Shown here piece by piece: positions 25,477-31,385 of a stretch of 32,000 nucleotides of DNA; the first letter of the stretch is position 1; each line of letters opens with the position of its first letter. Origin of the DNA: a virus; IMG/VR virus record IMGVR_UViG_3300014963_000841, positions 7,481-39,480 of that record; one strand, 5' to 3'. A program made the position numbers and the translations under genes. The notes below the pieces were generated by a model that saw nothing but the letters and a program-made list of their open reading frames with translations, did not search any database and was not told the origin of the DNA.

Positions 25477-25593
25477 TTAGTTTGTGTATTTGTTTTTGAG
25501 CCTTTCGCTCTTTTCTTCGGGCGTCTCCACCCACTCAAAGAACGGCTCTGGTTTCGGTTTTTTCTTGGAAAATAGTTTTTTTAATAGCTTCAT
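25477..25593 (-). CDS. Small Lys-rich hypothetical protein (38 aa)
   Basis: My translation is MKLLKKLFSKKKPKPEPFFEWVETPEEKSERLKNKYTN. Its ATG lies 4 nt after the stop of the upstream frame. Confidence 0.4.
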   Translation of the reverse strand: MKLLKKLFSKKKPKPEPFFEWVETPEEKSERLKNKYTN

Positions 25594-25597
25594 GGCA

Positions 25598-25743
25598 TCA
25601 CCCGATTACTTGATCTTCTGGCAATCCATGAGTACGGTTGTATTCACGCATTTGGACATCCCACATCGGGCGGTTGTGAATTACGAATGTTTCTACTTGT
25701 TCATTTTGCTTGTTTGACCAAATCCAATTGATAAGTTTTTTCA
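25598..25743 (-). pseudogene. Small early gene apparently frameshifted at an A5 tract right after its SD-ATG
   Basis: GAGAGG plus 8 nt, then ATGAAAAAC, gives 16 codons and a stop. With one extra A the frame reads MKKLINWIWSNKQNEQVETFVIHNRPMWDVQMREYNRTHGLPEDQVIG and ends 4 nt before the next ATG. Confidence 0.5.
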
Positions 25744-25809
25744 TGTTTTTTACCTCTCTTATTCTTCTAACTACTACTGTATTGTTATCAGTTAGTAGTT
25801 ATTATTTCT

Positions 25810-25871
25810 TAGTGTGCGATAGCACCATATTGTTATTAGTTAGTGCGTGACAACGCCATATTATTATTACT
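25810..25871. repeat. Two tandem 31-bp imperfect direct repeats (24/31 identical)
   Basis: TAGTGTGCGATAGCACCATATTGTTATTAGT versus TAGTGCGTGACAACGCCATATTATTATTACT, in an AT-rich region. Confidence 0.8.
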
Positions 25872-25911
25872 TAGTTATTATTATTATTTAGTTATTATTA
25901 GTGTCGGATTC

Positions 25912-25981
25912 TTCAACTTTTGAACTTTTCAACTTTTGAATTTTTCAACTTTTGAATTTTTCAACTTTTGAATTTTTCAAC
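25912..25981. repeat. Tandem 16-bp iterons, 4.4 copies (TTCAACTTTTGAAYTT)
   Basis: TTCAAC recurs at 25912, 25928, 25944, 25960 and 25976, an exact 16-bp period. Each unit contains the palindrome TTCAA-CTT-TTGAA. An 8-bp-arm hairpin CAACTTAC/GTAAGTTG follows (25978-26002). Confidence 0.9.
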
Positions 25982-26006
25982 TTACGTAAAGTCAGTAAGT
26001 TGTAAC

Positions 26007-26372
26007 TCAGTTATCCACAACTTCTGTTGATAACTCTTTTTCAATCCGACTAACCCAATAATTCCAATAGCTATCTGTAATCGGTATGTCTTGGACAAGT
26101 GGATAAGTTTGAACACCTTGGCCACGGCCCAAGCTCTTGCGATAGATACGGATATATCCCGCTTTCTTCAATTCGTTAAAGGCTGTTCGGTGTGCGTCTC
26201 TGCCACTTTTGGAACGTTTGGAAAGTTCCTCAATGTAAGGCCGCCAATCGTCTTTATTGGTCATCAACACCCATAACAAGCCTTTAGCTTGTAAACTCAG
26301 CTCAGCGTTTTGGGCTGAGTGGTTATTCATTTGAGTATAGTTACTGTCGATGTTTCGTTGGATATACTTCAT
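26007..26372 (-). CDS. Small winged-helix-like protein, candidate replication initiator / replisome organiser
   Basis: The 121-aa ORF contains LSLQAKGLLWVLMTNKDDW...AFNELKKAGYIRIYRK, an HTH/wHTH-like pattern. It lies directly adjacent to the iterons. Confidence 0.4.
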   Translation of the reverse strand: MKYIQRNIDSNYTQMNNHSAQNAELSLQAKGLLWVLMTNKDDWRPYIEELSKRSKSGRDAHRTAFNELKKAGYIRIYRKSLGRGQGVQTYPLVQDIPITDSYWNYWVSRIEKELSTEVVDN

Positions 26373-26382
26373 ATCCCATGAC

Positions 26383-26523
26383 CTATGCTCCTTTCTGGTA
26401 GATGCTTGCCACGATATCGTAGTAGCTATGCCCTGCCGGTATCGTGTACTTAGTTAGATCATCAACTCTGGAACCGTCCGCCATAATGTTGATTATGACT
26501 GGTTCCCATTTTTTTCGTTTCAT
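26383..26523 (-). CDS. Small hypothetical protein (46 aa)
   Basis: My translation is MKRKKWEPVIINIMADGSRVDDLTKYTIPAGHSYYDIVASIYQKGA. AAAGGTAA lies upstream. Confidence 0.4.
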   Translation of the reverse strand: MKRKKWEPVIINIMADGSRVDDLTKYTIPAGHSYYDIVASIYQKGA

Positions 26524-26586
26524 GCTATAATTACCTTTGAATTATTTACCATAGCGGCTGACTCTGGCAGGGGTCAGCCTTTTTTG
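26523..26586 (+). ncRNA. Candidate short antisense transcription unit C (extended -10 plus strong terminator)
   Basis: TTCCCA (26503-08), 17 nt, then TGCTATAAT (26523-31). The hairpin GGCTGAC-10nt-GTCAGCC (26556-79) is followed by T6. Confidence 0.4.
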
Positions 26587-26589
26587 TTT

Positions 26590-26726
26590 CCTTGGCGACA
26601 CTGGAGAACTAGCGAGGTCTTTTGATTTTTGTTTTTAGGAGTCATTATAAAATCAAATCATTTCTAATGGTATTGCTTACATTTCAACTGAATTGTTGCC
26701 CCGCTAGCTCACTAGTGCCGCCAAGG
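26590..26726 (-). repeat. 28-bp imperfect inverted repeat flanking an ~80-nt AT-rich spacer
   Basis: Arms at 26590-26617 and 26699-26726 give 23 Watson-Crick pairs. Three further positions are G:U on the minus-strand RNA but A:C on the plus-strand RNA. Confidence 0.6.
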
Positions 26727-26734
26727 TGACATCC

Positions 26735-27487
26735 TCAATCGTCTTGTTCGATGATTGGCAGGATGCCGTTAACTTTTAGCAATTCATACAAGAACAAGCG
26801 CCCTTTTTGTGTCCAAGTCGTTGTCATATTGACTTGAGCTTGACCGTTCTTATCCTTGTAATCAAATGTCGAACTATCGACATAGCCCTTACCCATGTGT
26901 TTCTTATACAAAATCCATTGACTGTTGACCTTGTGTTGAACACCTAGATCATGCAAGGTTGCATTGAATTTCTTGGCACTCATGCCGTAATCTGCCGCAA
27001 TCTGGGTAACACGCACCGCCCCTTTACTTTCTAGAATGATGTCGAAGTAGCGTGCTTGCTCTTGCGCCAAGGCCAACTCAGCCTCTAGTTTCACCACTTT
27101 AGCCCGTTCGTCTTTAAGAGCTTGAAAGGCTGCAATGGCAAGGTCAGGATCATTAAGTAGTTGTTCTGTAGCATACATGCCATGTTTGCGTATGGTTGGC
27201 AAAACCTCTGATGTGACCCAACGTTTAAACTCCTTGGCTTGTGGTAGTTTGCTTGACAAAATTAGGGAGTATAAACCAGACTCATTGATGATAATCATCT
27301 CTCTGTCTTGACCTGAGGTACCGAAACGGTACTTCAGCTTATCTTCTTCATCTACGTGTCTATTGACATCTCGACTACCATTTTGGTACCCCAAAATCCC
27401 AGCCACATCCTTACCTACAAAGTAAGGCTCATTGTTAATAGTTACTGTTCGGACATCTTGTCCGTGGAAGTTGAAAATTTCATTCAT
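26735..27487 (-). CDS. Phage antirepressor (Bro-N plus KilAC/Ant-type C-terminal domain)
   Basis: Start MNEIFNFHGQDVRTV is preceded by GAAAGGAAA. FVGKDVAGILGY and ESGLYSLILSSKLPQAKEFKRWVTSEVLPTIRKHG are Bro-N hallmarks. Confidence 0.8.
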   Translation of the reverse strand: MNEIFNFHGQDVRTVTINNEPYFVGKDVAGILGYQNGSRDVNRHVDEEDKLKYRFGTSGQDREMIIINESGLYSLILSSKLPQAKEFKRWVTSEVLPTIRKHGMYATEQLLNDPDLAIAAFQALKDERAKVVKLEAELALAQEQARYFDIILESKGAVRVTQIAADYGMSAKKFNATLHDLGVQHKVNSQWILYKKHMGKGYVDSSTFDYKDKNGQAQVNMTTTWTQKGRLFLYELLKVNGILPIIEQDD

Positions 27488-27502
27488 AGTGTTTCCTTTC
27501 TT

Positions 27503-27511
27503 TGATATAAT
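27503..27511 (+). promoter_or_regulatory. Extended -10 promoter (TGaTATAAT) for the plus-strand membrane-protein gene
   Basis: TGATATAAT lies 24 nt upstream of the ATG. GAGG is 7 nt before the ATG. Confidence 0.45.
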
Positions 27512-27535
27512 AGTTAATAAAAACGAGGTTTTGAC

Positions 27536-27958
27536 ATGAAGAATAAATCTGAAATATCTGCTTTTCTGATGTTCGTTGGGTTGCTGTACATTGAATTCCA
27601 CTGTATAACACCAGATAGCCATTCAGCCTTGACTAGGCTGGCCGACATCAATTGGACGTATCTATGCCTAGTGATTGGTATCGCTTTATTCATTTCGATG
27701 TTAGCGTTAAGCTATATCCATGACATCCTACTCTTTTTTAAACTTGAAAAAGACGGTGATATAACTTATAGCTTTGTCGTCACTTTGCCTATCTTTGGAA
27801 TCCTCGTTTTGAGAAACTGCTTGATTGTCCTGTCTGATACTCAATTTGGAAATTTAATGTCCTTTGTTAGCGTCCCTATCTTCGGTGCTTTCTGGTCGCT
27901 TTCCAAACGAACGCTCAAAGCGAACAGGCAGCAAGATGAGAACTCCGACAAGCATTGA
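27536..27958 (+). CDS. Four-helix membrane protein on the strand opposite to the early lytic operon
   Basis: The 140-aa ORF has four hydrophobic segments and its own promoter, RBS (AAAAACGAGGT, also seen before int) and terminator. Confidence 0.6.
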   Translation: MKNKSEISAFLMFVGLLYIEFHCITPDSHSALTRLADINWTYLCLVIGIALFISMLALSYIHDILLFFKLEKDGDITYSFVVTLPIFGILVLRNCLIVLSDTQFGNLMSFVSVPIFGAFWSLSKRTLKANRQQDENSDKH

Positions 27959-28048
27959 GAATGTAAAAAACATATAGGTCGTAAAGTCCCACTCTGGGAT
28001 TGGACGGCCTTTTTGCATGAACTCGATAAAATCGTGGATGTGATTCAT
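27854..28048 (-). CDS. Small hypothetical membrane protein downstream of cro; its 3' end overlaps the convergent gene 27536..27958 by 105 nt
   Basis: The ATG is preceded by AAAGGGG. The 64-aa ORF has one hydrophobic helix. The convergent overlap leaves its reality uncertain. Confidence 0.4.
   Translation of the reverse strand: MNHIHDFIEFMQKGRPIPEWDFTTYMFFTFSMLVGVLILLPVRFERSFGKRPESTEDRDANKGH
27977..28014 (+). terminator. Candidate terminator of the membrane-protein gene
   Basis: An outer stem GGTCGT/ACGGCC encloses the TCCCA-ctc-TGGGA hairpin and is followed by T5. Confidence 0.45.
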
Positions 28049-28068
28049 TTTTTGCCCCTTTCATAATT

Positions 28069-28305
28069 TTAATTATTTAGTTCAAGTTCTTGAACTTCAT
28101 AGTTAAAAAAATATTCAACAATCTCTTTTTTTGAGATTTCTAATAATTTAGCCGCTTTCACAATTTCGTCTTGTTGCCACTTTGCTTTCCCGTTGATTTT
28201 AAACGAAATCGTTGTTGGAGTTATGCCGATGGCTTCTGCGAAATTTTCTTGCGTTCCGTATTTTTCTTTGATACGACCTTTTAATTTAGCATAGTCAAAT
28301 CTCAT
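28069..28305 (-). CDS. Cro-like HTH regulator (XRE/DUF739-like)
   Basis: The 78-aa ORF contains QENFAEAIGITPTTISFKINGK (HTH). It is the first gene of the lytic operon and is divergent from the repressor. The RBS is GAAAGGAG. Confidence 0.75.
   Translation of the reverse strand: MRFDYAKLKGRIKEKYGTQENFAEAIGITPTTISFKINGKAKWQQDEIVKAAKLLEISKKEIVEYFFNYEVQELELNN
28079..28096. promoter_or_regulatory. Distal operator palindrome AGTTCAA-N4-TTGAACT inside the 3' end of cro
   Basis: Both 7-bp arms are identical to those of the operator at 28322-28339. Confidence 0.55.
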
Positions 28306-28320
28306 TGAGTTCTCCTTTCT

Positions 28321-28340
28321 AAGTTCAATCTCTTGAACTT
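28321..28340. promoter_or_regulatory. Operator palindrome AAGTTCAA-TCTC-TTGAACTT in the cro leader
   Basis: Perfect 8-bp arms, just downstream of the lytic promoter -10. Confidence 0.65.
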
Positions 28341-28349
28341 TATGGTTTT

Positions 28350-28378
28350 ATTTTAATCTTTATCTTTTTATTTGTCAA
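28350..28378 (-). promoter_or_regulatory. Early lytic promoter (TTGACA, 17 nt, TAAAAT)
   Basis: Minus strand: -35 TTGACA (28378-28373) and -10 TAAAAT (28355-28350), with a 17-nt spacer. Confidence 0.7.
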
Positions 28379-28386
28379 CAGTTTTT

Positions 28387-28402
28387 GTTCAATTTTTTGA
28401 AC
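28387..28402. promoter_or_regulatory. Operator palindrome GTTCAA-TTTT-TTGAAC between the divergent promoters
   Basis: Perfect 6-bp arms. A further TTGAACTT half-site coincides with the repressor promoter -35. Confidence 0.6.
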
Positions 28403-28418
28403 TTTTTTCCGATTTTTC

Positions 28419-28447
28419 TTGAACTTTTTTATTTTCTACTATATAAT
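28419..28447 (+). promoter_or_regulatory. Repressor (lysogeny) promoter (TTGAAC, 17 nt, TATAAT)
   Basis: -35 at 28419-24 and -10 at 28442-47, about 28 nt upstream of the repressor ATG. Confidence 0.7.
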
Positions 28448-28474
28448 AAAGCCATAAAGGAAAAGGAAAAAAAT

Positions 28475-28861
28475 ATGAAAAATACTACTGCTTCACGTTT
28501 GCGACAAGTTATGAGCGAACGAAATTTAAAACAAGTTGACGTAATTTCCCTTTCGAAAGTACATCAAAAAGAACTTGGCGTTAAACTTGGAAAGAGTGCT
28601 TTGTCTCAATATATCAATGGGAAATCAACACCAGACCAAGAAAAGTTGGTGCTGCTTGCTAGAACGTTGGGGGTATCTGAAGCATGGCTCATGGGGTACG
28701 ATGTCCCTATGACGAAAGAACAACCGCAACCAACCAACGCCCACGACATTGACGAAATCATAGCTAATGCAATGATGTTCGACGGGAAACCGTTGACGGA
28801 TGATGATAAACGTGCCATCCGTGGCATCATTGCGGGATATATGAGCAGCAAGGAAAAGTGA
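28475..28861 (+). CDS. XRE-family CI-like repressor
   Basis: Start MKNTTASRLRQVMSERNLKQVDV. The HTH is followed by a C-terminal extension. The track's upstream extension from 28385 covers the promoter and is not coding. Confidence 0.8.
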   Translation: MKNTTASRLRQVMSERNLKQVDVISLSKVHQKELGVKLGKSALSQYINGKSTPDQEKLVLLARTLGVSEAWLMGYDVPMTKEQPQPTNAHDIDEIIANAMMFDGKPLTDDDKRAIRGIIAGYMSSKEK

Positions 28862-28867
28862 GGTGCT

Positions 28868-29233
28868 ATGACTGAAAGTGAATTGCTTGAGCAGTTCAAC
28901 GTGTCTCTTTGTGAGTTCGATTCTAGCCAGTGGCCACGAGATGGATTTCTAGACCCTGTTAACCGTGTGGTTTACATCAACGGGGATTTACCCCCAGAAA
29001 TACGTTTGAAGGTCATTCTGCATGAATTAGGGCACTTAGAACACAACTCTAAACACTACGAGCGTCTGCGAGAAAAGTACGAGGCTCAAGCCAATAGAAA
29101 TATGATTCATGAATTGTTGAAAAATGAAAATCTGGACGATTTCAATTACTTACACTTCATGGAAAAATATAATCTCACCACGATTTGTGATGAGACGTTT
29201 GTAAAAAATGAATATCTAAAAATGATGAGGTAA
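28868..29233 (+). CDS. ImmA/IrrE-family zinc metallopeptidase
   Basis: HEXXH motif HELGHLEH. The ORF is immediately downstream of the XRE repressor, matching the ImmR/ImmA-type arrangement. Confidence 0.75.
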   Translation: MTESELLEQFNVSLCEFDSSQWPRDGFLDPVNRVVYINGDLPPEIRLKVILHELGHLEHNSKHYERLREKYEAQANRNMIHELLKNENLDDFNYLHFMEKYNLTTICDETFVKNEYLKMMR

Positions 29234-29237
29234 TGTC

Positions 29238-29786
29238 ATGAATTTATTAACAGTTCAAACTCAATTAATGCAAGCCGGCGTCCCTAAGATGTTTGGCACT
29301 CGAAAAGAGGTTAACTACCTACCGCAATTACTATCAGACGACGAGGTGATACAATATGCCGCATCTGGATTTTATGACGGCAACACTGTCTTAATCGTTT
29401 TAACTCAAAAACGCATTATGTTTGTTGACAAAGGCATGATTTACGGCGTCCAGACTTCTGAAATCCCTCTTGATATGGTCAATGGGGTATCGTCTAAAAG
29501 TGGGGTTCTCTTAGGTGAAATCTCGGTGATGAACGGGGTATCTTGGGCACATATCAAGAACATCCCGAAGATTGCTGTCCCAGTCCTATCTGACAAGATT
29601 AAACGTGCATCCGAAGCATACAAACAAAGTCTATATAGACCACAGATAGAGGTTAGTCAGAGCAGTCAACCGCTATCACAGAATTTAATTGCTGACGAAT
29701 TGATTAAGCTGAAATCATTAGTTGATAACGGCGTACTCACTGAGGAAGAATTTCAAGCACAGAAAGCTAAATTATTATCACAATAA
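29238..29786 (+). CDS. Bacterial PH-domain (YokE-like) protein with a C-terminal SHOCT motif
   Basis: KEVNYLPQLLSDDEVIQYAASG...IMFVDKG is a PH-like core. The C-terminal ELIKLKSLVDNGVLTEEEFQAQKAKLL is SHOCT-like. Confidence 0.6.
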   Translation: MNLLTVQTQLMQAGVPKMFGTRKEVNYLPQLLSDDEVIQYAASGFYDGNTVLIVLTQKRIMFVDKGMIYGVQTSEIPLDMVNGVSSKSGVLLGEISVMNGVSWAHIKNIPKIAVPVLSDKIKRASEAYKQSLYRPQIEVSQSSQPLSQNLIADELIKLKSLVDNGVLTEEEFQAQKAKLLSQ

Positions 29787-29829
29787 AAAAAGCCCTACAC
29801 TCACCGTCGCCAAACTTCGAGTGTAGAGC
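29785..29829 (-). terminator. Minus-strand rho-independent terminator between the PH/SHOCT gene and int
   Basis: The minus strand reads CTACACTC-16nt-GAGTGTAG-GGC-U7. There is no U-run in the plus orientation. Confidence 0.55.
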
Positions 29830-29917
29830 AAGCATCACAGAAAAAATCGTGTAAACTGAGAGCAGTCTTACAAGTCTTTTTCTGTACCCATTTTATCAAA
29901 AACGAGGTACAAACACA

Positions 29918-31360
29918 ATGGCAACACATAAAGTCGCTATCTATGTCCGAGTATCGACCACATCGCAAGTTGATGAAGGCTATTCTATCGACGAGCAAAA
30001 GGCAAAGTTGACAAGCTACTGTGAGATTAAGGACTGGAATGTTTATGAGATATACACAGACGGCGGTTTCTCTGGGTCTAACACGGAACGCCCTGCCCTA
30101 GAGCAGTTAATAAGGGATGCAAAGAGAAAACTGTTTGATACTGTTCTAGTGTATAAGCTAGACCGTTTGAGCCGCAGTCAGAAAGATACACTCTATCTGA
30201 TTGAAGATGTCTTTCTGGAGAATGATATAGAATTTGTCAGCTTGCTCGAAAACTTTGACACCTCAACGCCATTCGGTAAGGCAATGATTGGGCTCCTCAG
30301 TGTGTTTGCCCAGCTAGAAAGAGAACAAATCAAGGAGCGTATGCAGCTAGGCAAACTTGGACGGGCAAAGTCCGGCAAGGCCATGCAGTGGTCAAAGACT
30401 TCCTACGGCTACGACTATGTCAAAGAGACCGGCACGCTATCAATCAATCCATATCAAGCTTTAATCGTCCGAAAAATGTTCAAATGGTATTTATCAGGTA
30501 TGTCGATAACCAAGCTCAGAGACGCCCTCAATGAGCAATATGGGCAAGATAAAGAGTGGAACTATAGAACGGTGCGGGTTATCCTCTCAAACCCGGTATA
30601 TTGTGGATACAATCAGTTTAAAGGGCAGATATTCCCCGGCACTCATGAGCCTATCATATCAGAGGACGACTTTAACAAGACGCAAGAGGAAATCAAAACA
30701 AGACAAAGGACAGCCGCCCAGCGTTTCAATCCAAGGCCATTTCAAGCTAAATACATGCTTTCTGGTATAGCTCAATGCGGTTACTGTTCAGCCCCTCTTG
30801 CTATCAAGCTAGGCATGAAACGAAAAGACGGCACGCGCTTAGTCAAATATGAGTGTAAGCAGCGACACCCAAGGAAGACCAAGGGCGTGACTGTTTACAA
30901 CAACAATGAAAAGTGTGATTCTGGGTTTTATTTCAAAGACGATATAGAGCACTTCGTCCTAACTGAAATCAGCAAACTACAAACTGATTCAGATTATATC
31001 GACAAGCTATTTTCAAACACTGACAAAGAGACGATAGACCGGGACAGCTACCAGAAACAGATTGATAATCTAACCGCTAAAATTAGCAGGCTTAATGACT
31101 TGTATATTGATGACCGGATTTCACTGGAAGAATTACAAAAGAGGTCAAGCGACTTCATGGCAGAAAGAACAGCACTTGAAAAAGAGCTAGACGCTGACAC
31201 CTCTCTCAAAGCTGTAGAGCGAAAGAAAGATATTAGACGGGTGCTTGACACCAAGGACATCTTCACGCTTGATTACAATCAGCAGAAAGCCATAGCACGC
31301 GCCTTGATAAGCAAGGTTAAAGTTACTAGTAAATCCATCGTTATTTTATGGAAATTATAG
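29918..31360 (+). CDS. int: Large serine recombinase (phage integrase)
   Basis: Resolvase-type N-terminus VAIYVRVSTTSQ with the catalytic Ser, then a recombinase domain, a Cys-rich zinc-ribbon region (CGYCSAP...YECKQRH...CDS) and a coiled-coil C-terminus. Confidence 0.92.
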   Translation: MATHKVAIYVRVSTTSQVDEGYSIDEQKAKLTSYCEIKDWNVYEIYTDGGFSGSNTERPALEQLIRDAKRKLFDTVLVYKLDRLSRSQKDTLYLIEDVFLENDIEFVSLLENFDTSTPFGKAMIGLLSVFAQLEREQIKERMQLGKLGRAKSGKAMQWSKTSYGYDYVKETGTLSINPYQALIVRKMFKWYLSGMSITKLRDALNEQYGQDKEWNYRTVRVILSNPVYCGYNQFKGQIFPGTHEPIISEDDFNKTQEEIKTRQRTAAQRFNPRPFQAKYMLSGIAQCGYCSAPLAIKLGMKRKDGTRLVKYECKQRHPRKTKGVTVYNNNEKCDSGFYFKDDIEHFVLTEISKLQTDSDYIDKLFSNTDKETIDRDSYQKQIDNLTAKISRLNDLYIDDRISLEELQKRSSDFMAERTALEKELDADTSLKAVERKKDIRRVLDTKDIFTLDYNQQKAIARALISKVKVTSKSIVILWKL

Positions 31361-31385
31361 AGCGTTTTGCTATCCTTCATTTCAA
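31361..31385. other. Prophage-host junction (att half-site region) inside comGC
   Basis: The comGC frame reads ...LRAFTLIEM up to about 31378 and then loses pseudopilin character (KDSKTLYNFHK...). The integrase stop is at 31360. Confidence 0.5.

Larger units (their letters stand above)
1..31377. mobile_element. Temperate siphovirus-type prophage (right arm, from the tail module to the integrase-proximal att junction); left end lies outside the window
   Basis: Uninterrupted phage gene order: integrase, repressor/cro switch, recombination module, ArpU, terminase, portal, capsid, tail. It ends where a truncated host comGC reading frame begins. Confidence 0.9.

Noticed and set aside
25484-25717. 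77-aa plus-strand ORF
   Set aside because: It is antisense to two small minus-strand genes that show SD sites and stop/start coupling. It has no RBS and a hydrophobic, Phe/Ser-rich shadow-frame composition.
25912-25981. Possible CRISPR array (short, regularly spaced repeats)
   Set aside because: The 16-bp units are contiguous with no spacers, AT-rich and internally palindromic. No cas genes or leader are present. They fit iterons beside a putative initiator.
26735-27622. N-terminal extension of the antirepressor ORF (start at 27622)
   Set aside because: The extension overlaps the plus-strand promoter and gene start and lacks an SD. The ATG at 27487 has GAAAGGAAA upstream and begins the Bro-N domain.
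28385-28474. N-terminal extension of the repressor ORF given in the track (MFNFLNFFPIF...)
   Set aside because: The extension covers the TTGAAC/TATAAT promoter and the operators. The internal ATG at 28475 is the plausible start.
29801-29998. 65-aa minus-strand ORF across the int start
   Set aside because: It is antisense to the integrase start and promoter region, Cys-rich, lacks an SD, and ends inside the minus-strand terminator hairpin.
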